Origin: Octopus bimaculoides
Lineage: Eukaryota
Direction: 5' to 3'
Assembly (NCBI RefSeq): GCF_001194135.2
Contig: NC_068983.1
Location: 65,182,093-65,246,092, forward strand
Length of the DNA stretch: 64,000 nt
The stretch's first letter is position 1. Every line of letters begins with the position of its first letter. A program made the position numbers and the translations under genes. The notes beneath the pieces were generated by a model. It made no database searches and was not told where the DNA came from. It saw only the letters and a program-made list of their open reading frames with translations. Positions 28,320 through 42,085 of this stretch are shown here, piece after piece.

Positions 28320-29524
28320 CTGCAAAAACAGGAAGCTAAAACAATGGGTTTTCCTGAGAAACTTTCACGAATTTGAAATAGAAAATAAATATCAAATGTT
28401 CTAACATTAAGCATAATTACGGTAGGACTGTAGAATTAACGTGTGAATAATTCCGCATAAGTTATGTTTGATAAGCATGCATTCTCTTTCACATTTTAAT
28501 TCAAGCCTGGGGCTAAAATTGAAGCATCACGTAAACGTTGACAGATTATCACTGGCTTAACAAGAGTTTCTATTTTTGCCCATAGAAGGAGAAGAAACTT
28601 GAAGTAACTTTTAAGAAATGCTGTATAAATAAATTATTTTATTTTATTTAATCTTATTTTTATTTTATACGCATGGTCACTAATTTACTTTTAGGTAGAT
28701 TAGTAAAATTGGCGTATACGCACACATCATTTCAGATAAGTAGCTCAAAGTTGCTTCCTCTCTTTGTCGAATGAATTGGGGAAGAACTTGATAACAGACA
28801 ATTATCATTCAAAATTAGTCGATCAGTTCTCCTGTTCGACCAGCAGAGAAAGGGGGAGTGAGGGACAAATAGCGAGAGGGAAGTCTGATAGATAACTGCA
28901 TAGTCTATTTACATAGTATTGTTGAAATATTTATACATATACATTCATATATCTGTATGTATGTGCGTGTGTGTGTTTTTGTGTGTGTGGAATTAATCCC
29001 AGTTGATCTATTCAAACTGTTTCATTACACTAAGTAGTTCATTTATGAAAGAAAGTGTGAATCAGGTACTTTTACGGCTATGCAAATTTCAGTAATTAGG
29101 GCTATGCAAGCTTCAGTAATTACCTTGCGACGTTTGTAGTACCGTCTAGATATGCTACACTTGAAGGGTTCTTTCCGAATAATTATGTCGGTCCAGAATC
29201 TACTTTATATCAAGCACCTAATTTACATAATTGAGGTAAAATAATAATATTAACGTTTGTGACATATTGTATCAGCAATATAACCCCTAAATGCTGGTAT
29301 ATATAGAATTGCACCCCCAAAGACACACCGAAAACAAAATCTCTCCAAGGAGTGAGGATAGAACACGGTCAGGCTACCTCACTACATTTATCTATATTCT
29401 AACTTCAGTAAATTTTGTTCAATCGCAAGCTTCCACTTTCTCCTCAGTCACACTTTTACCACGTCTATTACTTTTCTTGTTCTTCGTTTTCTTCATTCCA
29501 TTATTATTTTCACAATTATAATAA

Positions 29525-29589
29525 TCCTTATTATCATTATCACCGTCGTCGTCGTCGTCATGATCATGATCATGATCATGATCATCATC

Positions 29590-29660
<71 letters not shown>

Positions 29661-29665
29661 TATTA
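29525..29665. repeat. (CAT)n compound microsatellite
   Basis: Direct reading. Confidence 0.95.
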
Positions 29666-29689
29666 ATATTTCTATCATTATTTAAGGGG

Positions 29690-29885
29690 ATGGATCACCG
29701 GGCAAGATTGTAAGGAGTATTTCGTCCGTTTTTTACGTTCTGAGTTCAAATTCCGCTGCGGTCGACTTTACCTTTCATCGTTTCGGAGTCGATAAATTAA
29801 GTACCGTTGAAACAGGGGGGGTCCATGTAATCGACTACTCTCCTCCCTCAAAATTTCAAGCCTTGTGCGTTTAGTAGAAAGGATT
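29690..29885 (+). mobile_element. tRNA-derived SINE (family A), 5'-truncated
   Basis: CGTTCTGAGTTCAAATTCCGCTGCGGTCGACTTTACCTTTCATC...GTAGAAAGGATTATT tail. Confidence 0.8.
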
Positions 29886-29964
29886 ATTATTATTATTATT
29901 ACTATTATTATTATTATTATTATTATTATCATCATCATTATTATTATTATTCTTATTATTATTA

Positions 29965-30275
29965 TAGTAGACATCGCACAGTATACAATATCGCGAGGTT
30001 GTTGATTGAAGGTTATTGTGTCTACCGAGTGCTTGTACTGTTTGTCAAGGCACAGCAAAGAACTCTAACATACAGTATTTTACTCAATATGCGTGCAGTT
30101 CCAAGTAATGCTGGCTTTTGCAATACATCTATATTGCAGGGTAGTTCTAAAGTTTTCAGATGTTTTTTTTTTCCGATTGGGTGGTATTGAACCTAATGCT
30201 ACGATGACGATAGGATAACCTTTATGTTTGACTCTCGTAGCAGGCACATCTTAGCGAGCTCAATTCGTAGGCTAT
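29965..30275 (-). mobile_element. R4/Dong-type LINE extreme 3' fragment
   Basis: LRIELAKM..RESNIKVI...ALGSIPPN..HLKTLELPCNIDVLQKPALLGTARILSKIL, followed by a (TAA)n tail. Confidence 0.75.
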
Positions 30276-30489
30276 TGTTTTGTAAACAAATTACTTTTAA
30301 AACAAACTTCTAACTTATGTTTTGACAGACATTCTCTAGAACAATAGACTGCGCAAAACCAAATATATGGCACCCTAGTCATAACACCAACTTGAAGTTC
30401 TAACTTGTTGTTTCTTGAAGTCTGTGGGTGAGACTTGAAATGAACAAATACAAAGCAAACGCCAAAACACGGTTTTTCATACGCTTAGC

Positions 30490-31066
30490 TTTTTCTGTGC
30501 TTTTTTCCAGTACGTAAAATTGTGGGATTTGTTGTATTTGGAATTCACAAAGATATTTTTTGCCTGTCGTTTTTTTTTTTTACGGAGTATGCTGTATTCT
30601 TGTTTACTCGCGTTAAGGCAAGTTTTAACATCCAGTCGTCAGAGTTTTGCATGCAGGTGTTTAGGCCAATTATGGCAATCTTCATTGATATTTCCACTTG
30701 TAAAAGTCCACGGCCACTCTCTTTTCTTGATGAGTGTAAAGTCGTTCTATATCTACCTTAGAGTTATGTATTTTATGCATTGTCAACAATTTTTGTTTTT
30801 TTCCTTCATTTTTTTTTTTTCGTCAAGATTACAGATTTCAGTAATTGACCAGTTAATATCGAAACTTTAATTTCCGGCCGGTATGTCTAAATATTGATCG
30901 CTTCTTGCATTCAGCTCTGTATTGAAAATTGCCCTTATCTTGCGATATCATTCTTTTCTGATCCTTTCCCTCATCACTGAACATTTGATTCTATGATCTT
31001 CAAATACCCTTAGGTATTTGTAGCTCTCCGCTAGTTCTAATTCTTTTATGACATTCTGTTTGTCAA
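30490..31066 (-). mobile_element. R4/Dong-type LINE fragment (post-RT region)
   Basis: IKELELAESYKYL...IRAIFNTELNAR...LLTMHKIHNSKVDIERLY...GRGLLQVEISMKIAIIGL...DWMLKL across frameshifts. Confidence 0.8.
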
Positions 31067-31067
31067 A

Positions 31068-31090
31068 ATTATTATTATCATTATTATTAT

Positions 31091-31141
<51 letters not shown>

Positions 31142-31168
31142 TACTACTACTACTACTACTACTAATAC

Positions 31169-31200
<32 letters not shown>
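31068..31200. repeat. (ATT)n-(ACT)n-(ATT)n microsatellite between two LINE fragments
   Basis: Direct reading. Confidence 0.95.
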
Positions 31201-31201
<1 letters not shown>

Positions 31202-31204
31202 GGT

Positions 31205-33495
31205 AATTCTAATTTCATTATCAGGAATTTTATTATAAAATTTGGTGGACAAGGTCTTCTCATTTCCCAATTCATATTTGTCACACTTTTCGTTTTCTTG
31301 TGGTAACATTCGGAATAGTGTTTGTACTTTTGTAACTTCTCGTTGGTGATTCGGGAACGGATGTCATTAGCTCTCTCAACTGCATTATTGTTTAATCCTT
31401 TTGCATTAGCAGCATAATGTAATAGATCTTATTCGCTGTTTACCAAATACTTCGTCAAGTTTCTTCTTTCACTGTCAATGCAGTCTTGTAGGACTATCAA
31501 TCCACGTGCATCTTTACCCCTCTTCCTCTATAGTCTGTGTACATTCGCCTTATATTAGAAGCACCATACATTGTAGTATTTCGCGTAGTACGATCGCGTT
31601 GATCAATCTCTGCTCCACTAATTTCAGAACGGGTGCACTATAGTGAACTGTACCAACAGCCGATATGCTGATGGGGGTTACAATGTTCCTTGCACTGAGT
31701 TGTGACTTCAAGAGAAATCTGTGGTGCTTGAAACATTCAGCGGTGACCTCATCGTTTAATTCTCTGTGCAAGATAAATAGTCCAACACCAGTTTCCTAAG
31801 GCATTGTACCCACCACCATTTGGTCTCGCATTCACTCTCTATTTGGTAATTCTATGCCCCTGAAATATTTTCTCCTGTTTTTAAGTGAGCATCAAATACT
31901 TTGAGATCTTGAATTCCATTCCTACATTCTTACTGCACATATCTACAGTCTTTCCATTTCAGCTTCTGTTCTTGCGAACAGTTTTAAGTTTCCCGTAAAG
32001 AGAAAGTGGTCGAGACGAGGTCCATTCTTCCTCAGCTCATAGTAAAGAAAATTGGAATCAAGGCTATAACGTATACCAAAGGTGAACAAAAATTACCCTG
32101 GAAGATTACTCTGTTGATTGTTACCTCGGTCAAGTGCTAGTTGTTAGAGGAAAGCGTATTTTCCAACTAGGTTTGCAGTCACTGATTAGTGCACGCACAT
32201 TCTCAGCTAATCCACACGTGTAAAGTATTTACACAATCCAGGAATTCGGAAACATGTCATAAATCATTTTAAAGTCTATCCATGCCATGTAGAATTTTCT
32301 TTAGTAACGTTTACAGTTCTTCATTATATCCTTGAATCATTTCCAGCATCCCATATGTTCTACTGGAAGTACATTGTTTTGCTCAAGGAACGTATATGTT
32401 TTCCTTGCGAGGATGTCTGTTAACACTTTTCAGAAAAAAACGGTAAGACAAACAATGGGTCGATAATTGCCAACCACATTGCCGCTTGGCCGATCTCTCA
32501 TCGCCAATGCCGTTCTTTCTTTCTACCGTCCGTTACGGAACCACACCATTCTGTGGGCAGTCGTCTAATTGCAAACCAGTTATTTCTTGTGTTGACTTCA
32601 GCCACTTGGACCAGACTTTGATTCCATCAGGACTTACTGTTCTCCAGTGAGGCAGTTTCGATAACTGTGCAATTACATCTTCCATTATTATGCGTAGATG
32701 ATCCTGCCTTGGAGCCTCAGGGTGATGGAGTCCGGTTCTCACGGAATGAATCCACTCAACACCGTGATTATGGGAAATCTAATGCTCACGGATTTTCAGA
32801 AGGTATGTTATCTTTTGTATTTCCGTCCAAGCTCTTAAAAATTTGCCTCTGTTCTTTTGTAAATAGCTTGCTTTGATGGAACTGCGATATGCATTCAATG
32901 TAGCGTAAACCTTTCAATCTTTTTATCAGGATGCATTGTTTTAGAGCTTCACTAATAGTTTTGAACCCATTCCTTTCTATATGATATTTCAAATGAAGAT
33001 ATTCTTTCACATCTTCTTTAGTATGTTTCCATTCTTTTATGCGACTCAGGTCTTTATGCAAGGTTTTAATATCACCGATTCGGCGTTTCCATCATGGCTC
33101 CTTCCGCTCCCCTGATTTTCTCTCTATTTGTTTTAACCTGTTCACCAACTATAATTGAAGCGAATCTAATTAAATCTCTTGTTTCAGATACATCTTTCGT
33201 TGGAATATAATTTAAAGTTTTCTCAACCTATTGGATCGCTAGCGTCACATTGTCACGGTCGAATCATCTCCAATACACGGTTCTTGTGTTTATTGCTTCG
33301 AGTCTTATCATTGTTGCTCAGTCATAATCTGGTAATACAGGGTTTCCAACATCATACTGGATCCTTTCCATATACCCACGCGAGTCTCTCTTCTTTACTA
33401 CATACACGCTTTGCATTTTTATTTGCTCACATTCACCTACATTATTCTGAATGAGTTTAACATCACCACACAGGTTTTCTCTGATTGCCCGAATT
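31205..33495 (-). mobile_element. Long, highly degenerate R4/Dong-type LINE (ORF N-terminus through RT)
   Basis: RGYMER.., KEP*WKRRI.DIKTLHKDLSRIKEW, QFHQSKLFTKEQRQIFK, SPDGIK.W, GNYRPIVCL, QGN..SPLVYVIALIP, LKLFAR (YADD-equivalent decayed), LLKSQLSARNIV, KANVHRLY...RGL; many stops and frameshifts. Confidence 0.85.
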
Positions 33496-33864
33496 TGGGT
33501 TTCATTAAGAAAGCCTCTATTCCGAAATATTATTTTCTTATTCGTTAGGCTATTTCATTAATCTTAAACATAACTGGCTGGTACACAAAAATATTATTTT
33601 TCTGACAGTGTTACGTTTAACATTACACATGTCTAAAAAAGCTTGTTCATAACAGTTCAATTTTGTTTACATCGGCAGACCACTTGCCCTTGCAAGCACG
33701 TTGTGTATTTTAACAGGTAACTGGAGCCAGCTGGAGCCTGTTCTTCCATTCCATTGCTCTTTGAGAGACTCCTGTCGATGACAGTAGCTCGGTGTATTGA
33801 ACAGCCACTTTAGTCCTCCAGTTGACACCGTTGTCTGGATGGATATTGGTTGCCATCGTGCATA

Positions 33865-33875
33865 TATATATGTGC

Positions 33876-33932
<57 letters not shown>

Positions 33933-34035
33933 CATATATTCGTGTGTATGTATGGGTTTATTTATATGTATATATATATATATGTGTGTGTCTGTTTATG
34001 TGCGTGTGTGTGTGCGTGTGTGTGTGCGTGAGTGT
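33865..34035. repeat. (TA)n/(TG)n microsatellite
   Basis: Direct reading. Confidence 0.95.
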
Positions 34036-34254
34036 GTACGTTTATGTCATACATTGTAGTTCTTTACATTTGTTAAAATGACGTATTGACGAACACTGCT
34101 GTTTATATACTCCCTGATAGATTGATGCATTTTCCCACAATATTCATCCTCTTGGATTTATTTTAATGGATCTATCGAAACATATGTCGGTGACATGGTG
34201 ATATAAATGATTTAAAGAACATCTTCAGTTTGTCTCCATGTTCCATTATTCTCC

Positions 34255-34285
<31 letters not shown>

Positions 34286-34519
34286 TGATATATTGTAGTA
34301 TATATACTTGCATAATCTAATTATTCTGTATTATAACAACTGTCTGATGACAGACCAGGTGAATCTCAGAAAATCAATTAGATAACGTTTGTTTCTCCAG
34401 GCGTAGCAAAATAGTATATCGTCAATCCAAACATGAACAAACAAGAAAAATCACGAAAAAACAACAACGTGACGACGTTGAATAGTACAGTGTCACTGGA
34501 CGCTCATGAAAGGAAAGAA

Positions 34520-34612
34520 AAGTAAGAGGATTTCACATCTTGAGCGAAGCTCTTCATCAAATATATAGAAAAAGTCCAATGAAGGGAAGACGGAGGAAGA
34601 AAATCGCCAACG
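34520..34612 (-). mobile_element. Decayed Penelope-type terminal segment with a hammerhead-like relic
   Basis: Minus strand TTTGATGA-A-GAGC-TTC-GCTC-AAGATGT has the same core plus stem-II layout as the motif at 44228, with the core mutated. Confidence 0.4.
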
Positions 34613-34662
<50 letters not shown>

Positions 34663-35039
34663 ACACACACACACACACATACACACACACATATATATAT
34701 ATACATATATACATATAGTATGCATATACACGCGTGAGCGTGCAGGCAAAAGGGGGAGAGAGAATATTCGGCAATGATAATCCACTAAGAGCTTATTGGT
34801 GAACGTAAATTCATCCTAGAATACATATGTCCAAATTGAGTGTCCTGGGTCATTCATCGTTATGGGAGGCACATATCTGGAATGGAAAATGATTAGCAAA
34901 ATCTCTCTCATTACGACTTCGAATGGAGCTCATGTTTATATTTTCGATTACTTTACTGATTAATGTGATAAATGGAGTGTATCAGTACAAATCCGATCTA
35001 AATCGCCGTTGCCGTCAAATTCGTCGTCATTCTCCTCCA

Positions 35040-35070
35040 CCTCATGCTCCTCCTCCTCATCATCATCATT

Positions 35071-35120
<50 letters not shown>

Positions 35121-35168
35121 TTCCTTCNNNNNNNNNNNNNNNNGCTCCTCCTCCTCATCATCATCATT

Positions 35169-35218
<50 letters not shown>

Positions 35219-35222
35219 TTCC
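35040..35222. repeat. (CAT)n microsatellite duplicated across a gap
   Basis: Near-identical sequence on both sides of the N-run at 35128-35143. Confidence 0.9.
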
Positions 35223-35844
35223 TTCAACAGTATTACTATAGCAACAATAGTAACTGCCTGAGAAGAATACACTTTTTGTTTCGCAGTTTTCATATTAAAT
35301 AGCCAGTAACAATGGTTTCAGTTCTTGGTTAATTACATTGATCCTTCTCCTGTGTACACAGTGACACTATGTAGAATTTTATCGACATTGTGATACAATA
35401 CCACCCCTAGTTAATAGACAAGAATAGAAATAATTTTGTTCTACAATATTAATTAAAATGTCGATTTTAGAAAAATATTATCTTAGGTCAACATTAAAAA
35501 CTGATTTTTAATGTTTCTTCTCTAAAAGCCAAAACACAAAAACATAAATTTCCAGGTGAAAATATTAATAAATTAAGCGGACTTTTTGCGATAATTATAC
35601 CAAAAAAATTTCAGATTAAATCTAGTTATGGAAAAATATTATTTTCAAATTGAAATTTTAAATTAATTACTTCTGTAGTTGTAAAAACATGATTGTGAAC
35701 CTAAAATTCTAATGGATTTCTATTTTTCTTATGAAATAATCATTTGATTCCATTCGGCCAATAAACTGTTGCATATGTTACGCATGAAACGTTGTTATGA
35801 ACTGCATAATTCAATTGAATGTATTTACACACATACACATATGT

Positions 35845-35845
35845 A

Positions 35846-35914
<69 letters not shown>

Positions 35915-35940
35915 ATCTATCCCTGTCGTGTGTGTGTGTG
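35845..35940. repeat. (CTAT)n plus (TG)n microsatellite
   Basis: Direct reading. Confidence 0.95.
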
Positions 35941-36190
35941 TAAGAGTGCATGTATTAGAGTGAGCGCACACAAAAAAAATCTGTTTCAACACAGGAATTC
36001 ACACAATGAATCCTGTAAACCATTATCCATATATATNNNNNNNNNNNNNNNNNNNNNNNNNNNNNNNNNNNNNNNNNNNNNNNNNNNNNNNNNNNNNNNN
36101 NNNNNNNNNNNNNNNNNNNNNNNNNNNNNNNNNNNNNNNNNNNNNNNNNNNNNNNNNNNNNNNNNNNNNNNNNNNNNNNNNNNNNNNNNN

Positions 36191-36254
<64 letters not shown>

Positions 36255-37077
36255 CGCATATTGGATGTTGAATAATATAATAAAAAAATCAATTAATAAA
36301 TAAGTCATCTCATAAATATTGCTATATTCTTCCACATCACTATGAACAAATCCTAGATATGTACCATACCTTATATATACATATGATAAACATAACTGTT
36401 TAGTGAGATTGTTACACTACTCGGTGTCTAACTCGGAATCTCCAAAGGAGAGGACACACATGCGTAATATTTCAATTCGACTAATAGGACAATATAAAAC
36501 AAACTATAACGGATTGCCGTAAACTTTGATCTTCTTAAAAGATACTTCGAATTCTATAATCCTTTTGCCTAGTTTACTTCAGTAGCAACAATAAGATCTA
36601 CAACAGAAACGGCAATTCCGACTTATCTCTGACATCGTCACCGAATGGCTGCCATCCCATGACTGCTGTTACATGCATTCTCTTGAGGTCTGAGTTACGG
36701 TCCCTGGTCCTGCCGTCGCAACTGTAGTTTCTGTCATGATCATTGTCATGTCCTGTGACTACTGACAGTACTACTTCTCTGTTCTGCTGCAAGAATAATG
36801 CTTCGCTAACTCAATCTTGAAACATCGCAGCTCCACTAAATCATGTCAGGCAAGAATTAAACCCTTAAGCTACACATCCCCACAGCTGCAATTCTAAAAT
36901 CAATCATCTCAGGATCATCCATAAGAACCCACATTAGGGTCTACACTCCGCTTACAAATAAAACAGAATTTCTAAGTATGCCTCTACACTCCAGAAACAT
37001 AAACATTAACCACAATCAATAACGAAATATCTACAAAAATTATATTATTATGTATTTTCCTCAAAATACTTAGCTGT

Positions 37078-37200
37078 ATTTCATCTGTCTTCACGTTCTT
37101 TCGAACGGGGTCAATAAATTAAGTAGGAGTTAAGTACTGGGATCGATGTAACCGACTTAGCCTATTTCCAAAATTGCTGGCATTGAAACCATTTTGTATC
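37078..37200 (+). mobile_element. Internally deleted SINE family A fragment
   Basis: GGGGTCAATAAATTAAGTA...GTACTGGGATCGATGTAACCGACT matches the family 3' half. Confidence 0.55.
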
Positions 37201-37479
37201 TTCTCCCCAGTAATTTGAGAGGTTTAAAAAATAATCAGAAATACCAATTATGATGATATCCGTCAATGCGACAGCAGTCACAGCGACTCCAGATCACAGT
37301 AGACTCTCGTCCAAGAACTCGCTTCTTAACCGTGCAGACTTTCACGGGTGAAGTACAAAGAAGCACGCTCGGTATGACGTATGAAGTACAATTGTTACTT
37401 CACTGCAAGAAAAGTTTCCATTGCTGCCACTAAAAAACAGCCGAGAAAATTATTGTGCTGTGTAGTGACGAATAAAACA

Positions 37480-37493
37480 GTAACCTTGGCAAC
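37480..37493. promoter_or_regulatory. RFX X-box motif
   Basis: GTAACCTTGGCAAC fits GTNRCC(N0-3)RGYAAC and lies in a CpG-richer non-repeat segment (37260-37500). Confidence 0.4.
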
Positions 37494-37753
37494 GGCAATC
37501 TTGCAAGTTGTCTAAGTAATCAGCTCATCTACAAATGAACAAAACGGGAAATTTATTCTATCCGATAACAACCTCAGCAATTTCAAGTATACACTGAATT
37601 ATTAATGTTATGAAGATTCAGTCTGTATATTATTTTGTATGTCTAATATTCTGTCTCTCTTTCTTTGTCGCCCGATTTCTCACGGATACAGTCAAACACG
37701 CGCACGCAGCTATATTTGTTCATATAGATACATATATAAAGATATGCGTATAT

Positions 37754-37984
37754 ATAAGGTTGTCCGGAATGTTCGTGTCGATTTTTAATGGAAAGAATAC
37801 GGTCAATAAATACTTGCCATTACATTTTTAATCAACCATATATGAACCATTTCGTTGCACAATGCGTCTCCATCTTTCCTTTTACTTGAAAATACCCTCT
37901 TCCCATAATTGAGGTGGTTTAATGGCAAATAAGTCGAAAGATAAGCTACTATAAATCTGCACGAACTTTCCGGACAACCAAATA
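37754..37984 (-). mobile_element. Mariner-derived MITE
   Basis: About 28-bp TIRs GGTTGTCCGGAATGTTCGTGTCGATTT / AAATCTGCACGAACTTTCCGGACAACC with TA flanks; the interior retains a transposase C-terminus, RWRRIVQRNGSYMVD*. Confidence 0.85.
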
Positions 37985-38634
37985 TATATACATATATTTC
38001 TTTGTAAACACGCACACACACACACACACATATATATTTTTTCCATATGCTTGAATCTGCGTCTATGTGTGTGTTTGATCTACCTATCTACTGTCTATTT
38101 ACCTAGTTGATAACATTTTATCGAAAATACTTCAGTCGCTAACTGTTTCGCATTTGGGAATCAATGCATATGTGTCCAGAGTAATTAAGAAGTCGTGTCT
38201 GAATATAAGCCGTGGAGATCAGTCGTATATATTTTGCGCTAATTTAGTTTCATGCTAGAACGAATTAAACTTTGGTAGATTTTTGCTTTCCTCGTATCAA
38301 ACTTGGATAGTAAACTTAGGCTCTCTTTTATCAAACACATAATGCACGCATAGATACATGATTTTCGCTCTTTGCGCTGTCATATTAGTTGCTTGCTTTT
38401 AAAGAACCATCCTCCCATCGGCCTGTAATGTTCAATTTACATTGTTTCTATGCAAAAACTTTCAAGCTTTGTAATGGTTTATCAGTATTTCTGATAAACC
38501 ATTACCAAATTGCGCTCACGTGCATATCTGCAAGTGTATTTTTTATCAACTGTGGCCGTTTTCTTCCGTAAAATTATCCATTATACTTAATTTTGCTTAA
38601 ATTATTTGACATATCATATACTGAATGACAAACT

Positions 38635-38663
38635 GAATGCTGCTGCTGCAGCTGCTGCTACTT

Positions 38664-38739
<76 letters not shown>

Positions 38740-38740
38740 C
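38635..38740. repeat. (GCT)n/(ACT)n microsatellite
   Basis: Direct reading. Confidence 0.95.
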
Positions 38741-40034
38741 TACACTTCGATCCTTTTAACCTCTATCACTCTTTCTACAGCAATTAGGAAGAGAATGAAG
38801 TTGTTCTAACCTCGCAGTTCAAATTAAGTTAATGTATGTTTCTATCTTTTTTAGTTTACAGCTTGAAAACTTTGAGATGTTGCGGCAATTTTAGAGACGT
38901 ATTATTAATTACGTTTCTTCACCCACGTCGTAATGATCTTTTCTATTTGTTCTCTTGGAGAAGTGAAATTAGCGCCTGTTATAGATTATATCTGTTTACT
39001 GCTGAAGATCATCTGAACGGCCTTCACTGAAAAGATATTACTAACGTATTCGATTGTTTGAACTTACTAACATTGAAATGTCCCTTCAGGACTTGGCCGT
39101 GCAATTAGTAAAAGAAATCGTTATTGTGTTTATTATGGCAGAGAGATGAAGTAGGATAGTTACTTAAGTCCAACTAAGCTTCCGTTTTGGAGGGAAGCCT
39201 TTAATTTCACTTCAGTCGTAATGCCTTGTATTAATTTCACTTCATTAATCTTTCGTTTCAGCATTCAGGTGTATTGTTTATTGTTGTTGTTGTTGTTATC
39301 ATTGTAGTATTAAAGGTCATTAATTCAGTTCTCTTTCGTGACATTCAAGCCAATAATGCCTAATATAGAACAAGCAAGCTTTTCTCTAGCGTTATTTAGT
39401 CACCGTATTTGGAACTAAAAATAAACAACGATTTTTTTTTCTTCTTTTCTGCCTGAAGACATTGCAAGCGAGGGTTATCAGTCGACGAAACTTCCCACAT
39501 CAATGTATATCAGAATAATTTGATGTGTATTATATTCACTAAAAAATTGTTCATCTAATCGATATAATCTCAATATTATAAGACCCACTGCCAGGACATC
39601 TAATGATCTAAATATTTTCAGAAATAAATTTGGTAAGATGAAGCAAGCATTGATCAGAAGCCTGGTTTATAGACACGAAAAATAAATAATGTACATTGCC
39701 AAAGTTAATCCTATCAAAATCCTGGCCTACTTAACATTCTTTACTAGAGGATGGAAAGTAAATAAATTATCTGAACATACATACAGTAAGTTTTTATGTG
39801 GCATCTCTTCAAATTGTCTGATAACTGTGGACAGGCTGCCAATTTTATTGCGTTGCTTCTTCCAACCATACTTAATTTCTCATTCGCCATTTTCGTCATT
39901 TTTTTCCAAGGAAATATTCCCTTGGGTCTCACTTACAATGACCTTCCAAATAGTTATAAACGTATTATTCCTGCACGTTGAACATGTTCATAAACACGTT
40001 ACCTACATATAAACAGTCCAGCACACATTCATTT

Positions 40035-40735
<701 letters not shown>

Positions 40736-41479
40736 AGAAAAGAATCTGAAAATGCAGATAAAAATATTTATTATCTTAACCGGTTTCACTTATTTAAAAG
40801 ACTTTTCAAGAGTTAAGAATGAGGATTTGTGCATACTCCGTGGATTTAAAAATTTGTTTACAAAAATGTATTCAAATCAAGTGTTTACATTTGTGTAAAC
40901 TAATTTCCTGATACTATGGAGGATACATAAAACCTCAGACTTTACTTTTGAAAATATTTTTAAATAACTGAAACGTGGTTTTCAGATTCTTTTCCTTAAC
41001 TTTCCTTTGTATAAAAAGAGATTGTATTGGAGATATAAACTATAAACAGCGGTCTAATCTGTTCAAGAAAGTGTTTTGTTTTCAAAAGTCGCATAGCTAC
41101 CTGTTCTTTGAGAAGAAATGTTAAAGGTTTCAGCCTACATGAAGCCTAAATTGAAGCTAAATTTAGATAATAGGTTTTTCGAAAGAAGCATGCATTCCCA
41201 GGTCTCAAAGAGTAACAGTTTATCGAATTGCCGAAACTTACTGCATTTTACCTTCCCGGTCAGTATTTGAGAACGAGAAAATTTGGCGCATGAAATTTTC
41301 AATTATATTTTTCTACCAATCAGTAGAACAGTTGTATTTTATACTGAAGTGTATCGGTATTTTTTGCTGTATTATCATATTAGTAATACATTTAATGTTA
41401 TACCTTTTGAGGAATTGAACTGTAGGATATAATAATAAAATTCTACCACTTATAATTTTGAGTCTAAATTTCTGGGGTC

Positions 41480-41545
41480 AATCCAATCGACTGGCGCCCT
41501 CTCCAACAATTTCGGACCTTGCGCCTAAGACAGAGAAGATTCATT
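41480..41545 (+). mobile_element. SINE family A 3' end
   Basis: CTGGGGTCAATCCAATCGACTGGCGCCCTCTCC...CCTTGCGCCTAAGACAGAGAAGATT. Confidence 0.6.
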
Positions 41546-41957
41546 GTCAGCTTTGTTTCGTCTCACTCGCATATTTCATCTGCTATCGAATTCACTATTT
41601 CTGCACTACAAATTAAGACGTCAGTAGTTCACGTATCTATCGCATTTATCAAATTCCAAGAATTAGATTTAGACTTGAGTACAATCTTTACTTATTGCAA
41701 ATAAACCGTTTTCACTTTGTCCAACATTTTCCTATTAATGATGTCATCTACTTTCAAAAGCCTTATTTACTTCTATCCATTTTACATCAAGTTCTAAGTA
41801 CTGCTCCTTCAATATTTTTTCCCATTGAAATGGTCTCACTGTCTTCATAAATAAAGTAGTACATTGCGATACAGTAGACTCCATTCTATTATTGCTGTGA
41901 ACGTAGGACAATTTAGGTTGCGACAGTTGATAGAATTAATGGCTCCAGCAAAAAATA

Positions 41958-41960
41958 TAA

Positions 41961-42029
<69 letters not shown>

Positions 42030-42085
42030 TAGCAGCAGCAGCAGCACAGTAGCAGTAGTAGTGGTAGTAGTAGCAGGAGTAGCAG
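41958..42085. repeat. (TAG)n/(CAG)n microsatellite
   Basis: Direct reading. Confidence 0.95.

Noticed and set aside
33710-33860. GC-richer block with two open minus-strand frames
   Set aside because: Short, with no motif; it may be the 5' UTR of the adjacent Dong element or another repeat.
35040-35225. Apparent tandem duplication around the 16-N gap
   Set aside because: Typical unmerged contig overlap, so probably an assembly artefact.
34923-35261. ORF resembling a secreted His-rich protein (MELMFIFSITLLINVING...HHHH)
   Set aside because: The His tract is a (CAT)n microsatellite, the middle resembles a decayed SINE 3' end, and the ORF crosses a gap.
36598-36792. 64-aa minus-strand ORF with an upstream acceptor
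   Set aside because: No recognisable homology or convincing donor; cannot be separated from chance.
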